Below are positions 48,135-60,512 of a stretch of 64,000 nt of DNA, one piece after another; within the stretch, counting starts at the first letter, position 1, and the number at the start of each line of letters is the position of its first letter. The translations under genes and the position numbers were made by a program. The notes beneath the pieces are model-generated. The model was not told where the DNA came from. It made no database searches and saw only the letters and a list, made by a program, of their open reading frames with translations. This DNA is from Vicugna vicugna. Lineage: Eukaryota. Location: positions 434,001 through 498,000 of the forward strand of contig MU058654.1 in NCBI GenBank assembly GCA_013265495.1, written 5' to 3'.

Positions 48135-49162
48135 TGTTGCCAATGTTACGGAAACGACAGGCCAGGCAAGAAACAACCCTCGGAGGGTTGGAGTACTCAG
48201 ATGTATTACGCCGGCGGGCTCAGAGGGGCTTCTGCTCTGAAGCGCTGAGCACCTCCAAGACGTGCGCATGAGGTTTTATAGGTAAAGTACAGGCTTGGGG
48301 TATTTGGCCAATAGGCATGCAACAGCTTTAGCAGCATCATTATCACAAAAGTGGAGGCTGGAGGCAGCAAACCAACATTCCAAAGCCAGATACGTATCTT
48401 TGAAAATCCAGCTGGCTAGCAAAAAACATGAACAGCAAACCAACATTAATTAACTTAGATTCACAAGTTAGTCCAGCAGAACTCAGATCAGTATTCCAAT
48501 ACTTAGACTGTGAGTTATCTTGTTAGCCCAGCCCAGCCTCTCCTTCACATTCCTAGACTTGTGAGTTATCTTGTTAGACTAGCCCTGCTTTTCCTTCACA
48601 CTGAAAGATCGGCCCCTGTCCCTGACGAGCCAAAAAACTCAGACAATGTCTTGGAACTTAGAAGAAAAGAGGCAATTTTATTGCTTTGTCGGGCAAAGGG
48701 GACTCAGAGCAGGCTAGTGCCTTCAAAATTGTGAACCCTCCTTGGGGATTGGGTGGTGGTTATGTAGCCATGGCTCAAACAATACAGCATTGATAACAGA
48801 ATCATAAGCAACAGAATCATTTTCTCATCAGAAGACAGGATGGTGTCATGATGCCTCCAGGCGACCAATTTAGTGGTTAGATCTCTTTATCTCATAAGCG
48901 CACAAGGTGTGGTCCTCTTGGTAATTCAGGCTATTCTGTAAGGTTATAGTCCCATGACCTTCTCCTTGGAGAAGGACTCAGAGACCAAGCATGACTATAG
49001 CTTTGATTACTGGAATAAAGTAGAAACTGTAAGATCAGTAGCTTTAGTTTTAACAATGGGCCTGGGACTGTGAGTAGCAACCGGTCAGTCAGGTCAGTTG
49101 ACCGTTCTAAGGGCAAGAATAAGAATAAGCAGTCTGTTAGCCTAAGCGCGGCCATTTTATTA
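48135..49162 (-). mobile_element. Outer LTR interrupted by the 48144-48600 LTR; right boundary approximate
   Basis: TGTTGCC(G)A...AAGATCGG is continuous across the inner element; minus-strand AATAAA (tttatt ~48677); outer TSD not resolved. Confidence 0.65.
48144..48600 (-). mobile_element. Young solo LTR (inner element of a nested pair)
   Basis: TGT...ACA termini, retained CpGs, minus-strand TATAAAA (ttttata ~48274), internal ~50-bp duplication at ~48503-48600. Confidence 0.8.
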
Positions 49163-52100
49163 ATCCTCCTTCCCTGTCAGGGTGACCCTCCTCCACTCCC
49201 ACACCCCTGGAGGCTATCACTGGGTCACTGTCACCTGTCTCTGAGCCTCCAGCACCAAAATCTTCCAGCTGTCAACTGATAGCCCCCATGCAGAGTGTCG
49301 TCCTGAAACAGACAAGGACGAAGGGGCTCAGGCCCCTCTGCAGTGGGACTGGGACTGGGACTGGGACCCCCATGGAGACCAGCCCTGTAGCTGGCCCCGT
49401 CTCCATTTCCCCCATCCAGAGGACCATTCCTTCTCCTTCCTGCTGGGAGGTCCCAGCCAGCCCTGGGCCAGCCCTAGGGGCTCCCGGAGACCAGGGCTTG
49501 GTTCTGGACCACAGGTCACACCTCCCCACACCCTCTCCTCCTAGGCTTTGCGCTCTGTGAGCAGACGCACATATTCAGAGGCCTCAGCAGTGCCCCTCAG
49601 GCTATCAACTCCCTTGCTCCCTCCCTCTCTGTCTCTCTCTCTCTGGCCCTCAAAGACAGAAGAACCTGATTTCCCAAGAGCTGTGGGATCCCTTTCTTCC
49701 TCTTGCTGCCCTCTGGACAGTGACCTGGGTGGTTACCGTGCTGGGATGTGGCCCGGATGGGACGGGGACTCCAGCATAGGACCAACAACCACACAGTGCT
49801 TTGACACAACGGCGCTCACAGGACGTCTGGAACCCCTGCCTGGAACTTGCCCTCCGAGCCTGCACACGGTTTTTTTAACACGGTCACTAGTGAAAAGCCT
49901 TTATCTTTGGAGGCTGGACTTGACGTGCTGAGGATGGTCCAAAGACCATCCAGACACCAGCCTGGAGTGTTAGCGCTGAGTGCTGGGCCGGGGTGGCACT
50001 GAGGGAAGCGCCCGGAGCAGAGGTGAGGGGCAGCAGTCAGCAGGGTGTCCTCCAGGGGTTTGACCGGCTGGCTCTGAAGAATGTTCCCAAATGTCATACC
50101 TTACTCATGCTTCTCCTTACCCGGTGACCCCAGGTACCATCAGCCTGTGGACGTGAACTGGGCCTTGTTAAAAATAATATCCCCACGTCACTGACTCTTA
50201 CCCCGACTTGCTCTTCAAAAGCCCTAGCTTCTTGCCGAGTCGCCCTCCTACTCCCAGGAATTTCCCAGAAGCCCCATGAGTACGTGCATCCCTACGACCC
50301 TGGTGTCACCTGTCACACTCTGAAGGCTTCACAGACCCAGATGGAGGTTGATGTTTCACCAAGTGAAAAAACATTTCTGCCATTTTGTTCTTTGTTTTGT
50401 GGGAAGCCACCCATCCCCCCAAAAAAACACCTCCGGGGCCCCAAACCTATGGCCGAGTTTTCAGCAAAGCTGCAGGGTTTTGTTTGTTTGCATGCTTCCC
50501 TCTCCGTAACGCTCAGGTGTGCACTCTTGGGACCCGGCTGCTGGCAGCGTCAAGAGACCCACACTCATCACAATTTCTACTCCCACTGAGGGTTAAAGCG
50601 CTGACATTGAGCTAAATCTGTCTTCCCAGTGCCCTCTTGCCCGAGGATGGGTCTTTCTTCACCCCGAAAAGTGCCCCAACCATCTCCCAGCATCTCCATC
50701 CATCAGTGAGCTCCAGCTCAGAGTCAAGCTAGGGTCCTTTTCTCTATACCACGATGGACAGAGTCACAGAAAAGCAGAGTATGCCAGAGTATGGATGCAG
50801 GATGGACCCAACACCCAGTCTCCAGAGGTGCCACTTTCCCCAGAGTCCCAGACAACCAGCGGACCCTCTGCATCAGAGCCTGGGCAGAGGGGCACACTAG
50901 GCTCTCCGGGGGTTCTTGTGAATGCATCTGTCTGAGACACCGAGAGCCCGCAGGTAAGCAGGAGACAGAGGACTGATGTATCTTTCAGAGGAGGAAAGGC
51001 TTCTGAACACGTGGGTGACTGCCTGGCAAGGGCAGGTCCAGGGGTCCCCAGGCCACTGAGGGAAAGCACGAGGTCCCTTCCAGGGCATCAATAGGAAGGA
51101 ACTGGGCACTAATGTGCCCACGAGATTGCTTTACACCTCACCTCGGTCCTCACTGCCCATTCCACAGTGGTCTGGGCACACCAGGAAGCACCCAGTCCCC
51201 AGCTGGGACAGAACTGTGATGAGGATGTGGCAGATTAACTTTTCCCCTGTCTCCTTTGCACCTATTTGGTTGAGGGGCTCAGTCTCTCCCATAAGCTTCT
51301 TCCATAAAAGGCTTCCATTTGCGCTCAGCACACACTTGGAAGCTCAGGGAATTTTTATATTTATTACAGAGAGAGGCAAGCATCCATTCTGCCTGTTTCC
51401 ATGAACACACACTGGCAGTTAATGTGTTTGGTTCAAAAGCCTTCAAACATTTGTATATCCATTTGCACGTTTAAATGGCTCTGTATAACAGTCAAGCAGG
51501 TGGTTAACTATATGTATATTAAATTCATAGAGAAACTGGTAATTTTCAATTATAATTGTCAATTCACAGTTTACATGATAAGAATTTTCTGAATAGACCC
51601 ATTAGCTGATTTAGTTAGCCAGGGTTTTTATAAATCATGGTTTATTTGCTTCTTCTACTTATAGAGGAGGAATTTTCAGTGTTCTCACATGAATCAATAA
51701 ATATTTACTTTGGTCTTTATTCCACCCAAATGCCAAGTTTGACAATGGATGAAATATCATTGGGTTTTTTTAAACAGCTGTTTGGATGCGGCTGTTTTAT
51801 TAGTTGTCTTGTTTAGTATTATTACCCAGAAAATGGCTTAAAAGTTTTATTCATTTGCTATTAATTTGTTTTTTATAAATAAAGTCGAGATAGGGCTGAA
51901 TTGCAGTTCTTTGTCATTTTACAACGTATTGCACTTCCCTGGTAATACGTTTTGACAATAGAAACTTTCAAGCCAATGAAAAGCTGTCCCATTTTTCTAA
52001 ATGATGCCCTTTAAAGCAAAACTCTGAAATATATAGCACTGAGTTGTGCGGAATAAAATTTGATGATTTTGTCACCATGGATAATATTTCTCTTTTCTAG

Positions 52101-55100
52101 GCAACAGAAATAATTTTAAAACGTCTCATTTGGGTTTCACAGCACAAAAGGCAACGTGAGCCCCAGATCTAGCGAGGAGAACACGGAGCTGGAGTTGAGA
52201 TGCTGAGAAATGCCTTCAGTGCTCTCGGCCCTGGTGACTCCCTCCAGGCATTCCTGGATCTCTTCTTTAAAAGCATAATCAGACAGAAAGTTTTGATCCC
52301 CAAAATGTGTAAAGAGGGCTTGGAAGATTTTCAGATAGTTTCCCCAGACCTGGAACCCCAAGTTCCATGAACTCCCATCAAACCCCATGAACTCCTTAAA
52401 CTGTGAGAAACAAGAAGCTCTCAACTTGCTTCCTCTGGGTCCAGCCCCACCTGAAACAGGACTCTGTGACTGGACACGGCCAGTCTCAACTCTGATGACA
52501 GATGCCTTCAAGACAGGCACTCAGAGATAAGACTCGGAAGGAGAATCTCTCTGAGTTACTCAGTTCTGAATGAAGAGATAATGAAAGAAAACATTAGAAA
52601 GAAGTATTTTATCTCAGACCCCTGGAAAATATCACACAACACTTTGCACCCCATAATAAGCTGCCACATATGTTGAAGAAACGTAAAGTTGTTATTTTTC
52701 CTTTAAAAGTTATCTTCCAAAGGCTCTCTCCCGCTGGCCCTTGGATAAACATTCACGGAGAAGGATGGAAATCTCCCCTCTGACTTAGGGCAGGTCACAA
52801 AGGCTTGTGAAGTGACCAAAAGGGGCTCTCTCTCTTTGAATCCAGTGAGGTTATCAGGTGGGATAAGAAGGTAAAAGTGTGCCGCTATTCTTGAAACATA
52901 TGTTTACAGATAACTGAAGAGCGTTTCCTAGAAAGAGAAGTAAGAGGCTGATCTTCTAGAGAGAAAAACAGATCAAGCTAGAGAATGATCTAAGACAGAG
53001 ATTACAAACGGGATCAGACACAGGGCTTTAACTCCTGGCTCCACACATATACAGCCTTGGGCAAGTCACTCAGCTTCTCTAGGCCTCAGCCTCCTCCTCC
53101 AAAGACAAGGAAATCATAGTACAATCTCAGTGGTTGCTCAGAGAAATAATGGGGCAACATCTGCAAAGCAATAGACCCCATAAAATATGAAGCCATTAAT
53201 GGATGTTCAATAAGTGGTAGATGAATCCGGAAAGTTATGTCATTCGTTCACTTTGATGATGAGATGAGTTAAATTTGACTCCAGGGAGATTTAACATCTG
53301 GAACTATCCTCTGCCTCTCCCTAAACTCCACCCCTCGGCCAGTAATCCCAAAAATAACCCTCTTTTCTTCTCCCACAGAAGTTCTGGGGTGTCCAGCGTA
53401 GCCACCACATAGGACCCTGGTGGCCAATTTTTACCAAGCATCTGCAGCAGTACAGCTCAGAGAGAGACGGTGTTGGCAGGACCTTGGGGAGAGTTGCTTG
53501 GGTTTTTTTTTTAAATATATTTCTATAAAAGACTGAGCACTCAGTATCAAAGGTCAACACTATCAGCAAGTGATATGCTATCAGTGTTGGATAGAAAAGT
53601 AGGAAAAATAACAAAATGGTCAACTTGGAGGAGAAAGTATTTCTACAGCAAAAATTGAAGCTTTTAAAGTAATGTTTTTAATTATGTATCTGGATTTTCA
53701 GTATCACTTTAAGTATGATTCCATATCTGTCAACAAAGCCCCTGCCCATTCTTTTTGAGCTTTTTGCTGGAACATTCTGGAAGTAAACACCTAGGAGTTG
53801 GCCAATCCTGGGGGCAGGTTGGTGTTCTGCAAACCTGAGCTTCCACTGAGTCACCCGTTGTGTCCCTCCAATCATGGAAGTTTTCCATTATATCTAATTT
53901 TTAAACCTTTGAAGCATTTCTAATTGAGAAAATAAGAATAAAATCAAAACACTCCCAGTTGCCACCCATATTTTACTGTAAAGTTGAAGATCCTAGTGCA
54001 GGTTTCCTTTGCCTCCTTCCCTCCCTCTGTCCTAGAGGAGACCTTGGCCCCAGTGTTGTGTGACTCTCTCTTGTCCACATTTTCACAGTCTGACCATGTC
54101 TCCCCTTCCAAAAACAGCAGAGGGCATGGCTGTGTATAGTGTAACGTATGTGTGGGTGTTGTACATAAATGCAGACGTACTCCTCTGATCCCTGCACGTA
54201 GCCTCGTCATTCTTTATCACCCTATTATGTTTTCAGGATCTAGCCTTGTTGACAAATGTGGATCAAGTTTGGCATTTTCCCTGCGTGCTTGTATTTCATT
54301 GTAGGAATATACTGTTATCACTTGAAATATATATTTTTTTGGAAACTCTTCATTTCCTACGTCCTCACCAATACTTAGTCCTTCCAAAGTTTCTACTTTA
54401 TAAAAAGGTCTCTCCTTATGTCAATTTTCATTCCCATAATTACTCATGAGCTCTGACGTTTCACATGTTTATTGCCCATTTGGGTTTTAACTTCTCTGAA
54501 ATCTCCTGTTCCTACTTCTTGCCCACTTTTATAATTAGTTCTTTTTTCTTATTGTGTCATAGGCTTCTTTACATATTTTAAATCCTGATCTCCTTATCAA
54601 TGGTATGTGCTCAAATATCTTACTGGAAGATCATTTTCAAAATTTTTATTTCAGATAGACACATCAGCTAAAATACTCCTTTCAGCTCCTTACATAGAAA
54701 TTTCTCTCAGTACCATATTCAGGTAGTAATTCATTGTGTATCCATTCACTAATTCATTTTTCAGGTAATTTTTGAGTACTACACCCTATGGGCAATCAAC
54801 TGTGCCAGCTTTGGGGAAAAATAAGGAGAAATAAGATGTGTACTTTCTAGTTGGGTATGGAACAAGACAAATAGCTAAAATGCATGGTAAAATGCAACAT
54901 GGGCCATGAGAGAGTCTAACTGAGAGAAGATGTGCTTCTGTACATTTCATGGTGAAAGTGACATGACAGCCCAACTTGGAACGTTGTGTAGAAACTGGAC
55001 TTGCAAGGACAGGGTTCTGGACATCCAGCTGGAGGAGACTTCATGAGCAAATATCAACCCCTTTTTCGAACAAACAATATTCAGATTTTATCTCATTTTA

Positions 55101-58100
55101 GCTTTAAGACAATTCAAGGTGGTTGTGGTCATCGTCTTTGCATGCTCAAGGAACCCAAGGTTCAGATTGCTTAGGAAGGAAATTTGGTGACGTTCTCAAA
55201 ACTAGTTCGGGCTGGAATTTCATGCAAAGCCCAGGTTTCCTTGACGGTCATAGGCTTTGGTCTTTCCACCCGACTCTACCACCTCCCACTTGCTCGAGGG
55301 CCACCCAGCCAGTTGGTAGAGTCTGAGGGCCGCAAAGGAAGCTACAACTGGACGGAGGAGGTAGGTCAGAAGGTGAGAGGCTCCAGCCACCCAGAAGAGT
55401 GTGGACTGGTGGCAGCAGGGGGCGGTCCCTTAGCCCTCTGGAGAACAAAGGCTGGTCAGAGCAGTAACGCCTGAGAGAGTTTTCACAGTCAGTCCGTCCT
55501 TGTGAAATGCCAAGCAGAAAAACAAGAACTACGGCTTTTCTGCTTGACAAAATGAAAGTTTGGCAGCACAAAAACTCAAAGTCTGGGTCCATGACTGCAC
55601 AGATGAGAAAGTCAATAGAAGCCTACCTTCTCCATCGATGTTTGTTGATTGAATGTATAAATGAAGGAGGAAAAGAATAAAAATATATACACAACATAGG
55701 GAAGCAGCCCAGGGAAGGGTACTTTAGCAGAGAGGAAAGAACAGACAAGGCCACCATTGTTTTCTTTCACAACCCCTTTCTTTCCCAGGACTGTTCCCAT
55801 ATTTGCTCTATGGAAAGAGGTAAAAGGGCCATAAATTTCATTTTCTGTTGTTACACATTGAGGCCTCTTCCCCTGAATCCCTACCCTTCACCTCCTGGCC
55901 GGGGGCTTCCCAGCTGTCACAGAGGGATGGTGCACTTTACCATCCTACAGGGAGGGTACCAAGGCCCAGAGACGATCAGGATTTTGCCCAAAGTCACTGA
56001 GCACATCCTCCTCTCTGGCCATCCTCTACTGTTAATACTGGAGTTTACCTTTAGTTTTCTAGACTTGATGTACTGGATGTCCATTTATTGAGAAAAAGAA
56101 GCCAGTAGGCACCAGTGTCCTGCAGATCTTGGGCACTGACTCTTTATAAAAGATCCCCTTCTAGAAGATGAAACAAGAGGGTGACAGTGGCATCACATGG
56201 GGCAGAGAATTGGAGAGATTTAAGTAGAGAAAATATACAATACTCCTTCACGTTGGTTCAGGAGTTGGACAGCAACAAAGCCCTTTGGGTCCACTGTCTC
56301 AGCTGTCCCTCACCCGGTGTCCCGGAGAAACCCTTCTTCTTTATCTAAAGCTCACGAAGCCCTTGGATACTGAATGTCTGTCCCACAGATAGTGAACACG
56401 GAGCCAAAGTGTACTCTCACCACTTGTGATTCCAGCTAAGTCCTTCTCAACATCACACAGAGGGGAAGACACACACAGGGGAAGACACACATTCTTTCAT
56501 TCACCCATTCGATTGCTTATTGAATAGGAAACATGCGGAGACCCTGCTTAATCATTTTGATGCAGCTTGATTATTCTGATGTGTTCCAGACAGTCTTTTT
56601 ATAAAACAAGGGACAAAACCCTTGAAACTAAATCCTTCCCTTTCTATCTTTCAAGGGGACTAAATCGCCACCAATGAACACTCATGCTCCAAGAGCACCA
56701 AAATATGCTTCATAAGACCTGGTTAAAGTCCGGGATGTGTCAGCACCCAGGGCCTTTTCTCAGCTTTCTTTGCACCACATTTCTTATCACTCCATTAGGT
56801 CCACCATGCACTGGTCAGTCCATGCACACAGCTAATCATTCAGCAGTAGGGAGCCTGCTAGGATAAAGCACAAATGTACATGAAGAAGTAAGCATAACTA
56901 TTATCAACTCTTGTCACTCCAACAAAAATCCTTGCTGTTTCTCAGACTTGTCTGATCAGAAGACTCCCCAAGGATGCACGTTAAAGTACAGATTTCTGGA
57001 CACCCATGAATCGTCTGACTTGGACCTGCCAAGAGGTGGCGGGGGGGTGGGGTGGTCTCTGGCAAATCCAGAAATTTGAGGAAACTCTTTCAACTACTTC
57101 TGCCATTGTAGACAAGGAAAGAAGAACTCTAGGCGTAGCACTTGGGCTCTGCAGTTCCAAAGAACCTTTGGAAGCGGGAACCACCTAAAGGTGTTCAAAG
57201 GGTTAATTCAGGGGACTGGGTGGGTTGAATGTTCAAGGTGAGAGATGGACGCAGAGGATCAGGAGCCAGGAAGGGAGAAGGAGCTCTCAGGTTAGGACTC
57301 GGGGTGAAACACTGTCAGATCCAGCCTTTCCCAAATACATGCGGTTACTGGTACAAAGGAAGACAGGTGGCCCAAACCCACCCAACTTCAAGCCGATCAT
57401 AAACAGAAGAACTTGTGTAATGCCTGCTGTTGGCACCTCTGGGAACGGAGGCCGCGCTCAGTAATACGTGGGAGGCCAGGCAGAGGCTGGCAGAAGACCT
57501 GCATCCCTCTGTGGCCCTCACACCAGCCTGTTTTGCTGTTTTGACAGCAGCGAGGCAATTGGTGTTTAAAAAGGCTTTTGTCCATAATCCTGAGGCTCCC
57601 TTGCTTCTTGCAAGGATGAAGTTATCCAAAAGCCCCATTGTCTCGGCCCTGAGATGCCCTTTTAGGTTAGAGGAACACGAGATGTTTCTCATCCCAGAGC
57701 TGTAACTGACAAAAGAATTCCCAAGCTTCACAGTCCCAGGAACTCAGGAAAAATGGAGTTTGTGTCCCTTTAAGAACAGAAACAGGAAGTAATTTCAATT
57801 AATCAGGTTTTCTTTTTTCTTTTTTCTTTTTTTGTTTTAATGCATCTGTTGCCTGTAAGGCTGCTAAGCAAGATTTTGGAATATGAAAGGCAGAGGGAAA
57901 TCTGTTCATGGAGACTCCCGGAAACGCCTAGTTTATTCACCGTCCTTTACATTTAATCATCTGCAACCAACATTGACACGGAGAATCTTACTTAATCCTC
58001 AGGATGATGCAATGTGGTGGAAATGACTATTCCCAATTCACAGACAAGAAAACTGAGGTTCAGGGTGGTTGCATGACTAGAATGGGAAAAGAGGCTCTGA

Positions 58101-59578
58101 CTTGGGACTCAAGTTTGGATACCAAAGAAAGAGGTTCACCATGCAGCATAACTTCGGTGTCTCAGAAAAACTAAGGTGAGTGCTCTGGTAAGTAGTATCT
58201 CCCAACTGGATCATCAAAGTAGGCAACTTGTCTTATTCATCTCTGGCTCCCTAGAGCCCAGCATGAAGCTCAGATAATATTTGATGAATGAATGAATGAT
58301 TTCGCCTAAGTTCAATTTTTCAATGATCGCAGCCCTTGCCAATATCTAAAAACCATTCTTCTGTTTGAAGCCATTCCTTTGTTTTAAGGCTTTTCATTCT
58401 CCTAGAGAATCTCTTCTTACGGTTTTACTTCCACCTAATCTTTTGCCATCGGGGCTGGGATCCAGTGAACCCTTTCCCAAACGCAATCCAGTTCAGCAGT
58501 ATCTAACTTCTCAAAGCAGCTGACATGGCATCAAAGAGACACGTCCCTTAAGACATGAGCAGACAACGCAGGCCACCAGAATGCTCCAAGACTATGGCAT
58601 TGACAATTAGATGAGTCACTGGGCTAAGGGATGGTGTCTGAGCACCTCGGTTAGGGCAGAACTGAGAGTCAGCTGCAAGAGTCAGCTTGTGTGCAACAGA
58701 TCCCTTCCTGCGGGATGGGTCCAGGAAGTTGCTCCTTCACATGAAACCTGGAGGGAGAGATATCACCTCAGTCCCGCCCCTCCCTCCCCGAACAGGGCTC
58801 ACAGAGACCATTCTTGGAGGCGGGCAAGCTGCTCCTGCAAGAGTGCCCTTCCTTGGGGACTTAGCAGCTGCGGCCCGGCACCTGGGTTTGAGTCTCAGTT
58901 CTGCCAGTTTCCAGCTTTATCACTTCTGGCCGGTGGTATCACTTTTCTGAGCCTCAGCATCCATGGGTGTGGAAAAACAGATCATAATGCTACTTTTGCC
59001 ATTGGGCTGCCATGAAATCTCAAGAAAGACTTCTATGGAAAAGCTTAAAGCCCAGGGCCTGGCATATTAAAAGCTTTCAACAAATGTCACTTATTATGAC
59101 TTTAATACTTTTTTACCTTAACAACCATTTTTTTTAATCAAACAGCTTGTCTGGTGAAGGTCTACGACTAATCACTTAGACAATATCAAACAGTGTGTGA
59201 GACACATTTCTGTCTTTCTCGGGTTCATAGAACCTGGTGACCTCGGAGGACCCCCAGATCGCATCTGTCACTTTAGACAAGGAGGAGGCAGAGAGAGAGG
59301 ACAGGACCACATTCGGGTTTCTTCATGTCTCATCTGGCTTGCTCTACTGTATCATTTCTTCCTCCCATGGTTTGCATTGTCTCTTTAGAATCCAAATAAA
59401 TACCTCTCTGGAGCCTAAAAATGTTGTTGCTAGCAATGAGAACGGTCAAAGAATCATTTATGTGGCTTGTCAGTCCTTGCATTTAAAAAAATTCTCTTAA
59501 ACTTATAACCTAAGATATAAACTCTTTAAAAGTTCAGCACAGCTCTCCAGTAGAAGAAGCACAAGAAATCATAAAAGA

Positions 59579-60512
59579 ACAACCCAATCCAAAAATGGGC
59601 AGAAGACCTACACAAGCAACTCTCCAATGAAGACATACGAATAATCAATGGGTTCATGAAAAAATGCTCAATATCACTAATTACCAGATAAATGCAAATC
59701 AAAACTATGATGAGGTATCACCTCACACCAGTCAGAATGGCCATCCTTCAAAAGTCCACAAATGACAAATGCTGGAGAGGCTGTGGAGAAAGGGGAACCC
59801 TCCTACATTGCTGGTGGGAATGCAGTTTGGTGCAGCCACTGTGGAAAACAGTATGGAGATTTCTCAAAAGACTAGGAATAGACTTACCATATGATCCAGG
59901 AATCCCACTCCTGGGCATATATCCAGAAGAAACCCTACTTCAAAAAGACACCTGTACCCCAATATTCAGAGCAGCACTATTTACAATAGTCAACACATGG
60001 AAACAGCCTAAATGTCCATCAACAGATGACTGGATAAAGAAGTGGTATATTTATACAATGGAATACTACTCAGCCATAAAAACCAACAACACAATGCCAT
60101 TTGCAGCAACATGGATGTCCCTGGAAAATGTCACTCTAAGTGAAAGAAACCAGAAATAGAAAGAAAAATACCATATGAGATCACTCACATGTGGAATCTA
60201 AAAGAAAAAAAAACATAAATTCAAAACAGAAACAGACTCATAGACATAGGATATAAACTTGTAGTTGCCAGGGGCAGGGTGGGGGACAGACTGGGAGTTT
60301 GAAACTTGTGGATACTGACAGGCATATGCAGAATAGATAAACAAGATTACACTGTATAGCACAGGGAAATATATACAAGATCTTGTGGTAGCTCACAGTG
60401 AAAAAGAAAGCAATAATGAATATATGTATGTTCATGTATAACTGAAAAATTGTGCTCTACACTGGAAACTGACACAAAATTGTAAACTGACTATAACTCA
60501 ATTAAAAACAAA
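59579..60512 (+). mobile_element. Young 5'-truncated LINE-1 (ORF2 C-terminus, 3'UTR, A-tail)
   Basis: ORF 59692-60159 [17 protein letters not shown]...[18 protein letters not shown] is the L1 ORF2 Cys-rich end; perfect 16-bp TSD AAGAAATCATAAAAGA at 59563-59578 and 60513-60528. Confidence 0.95.

Noticed and set aside
48503..48600. Direct repeats considered as a CRISPR-like or other array
   Set aside because: Only two adjacent copies, internal to an LTR, in a mammalian genome; no spacer architecture
59692..60159. 155-aa ORF as a host gene
   Set aside because: It is the C-terminal fragment of L1 ORF2 in a truncated element
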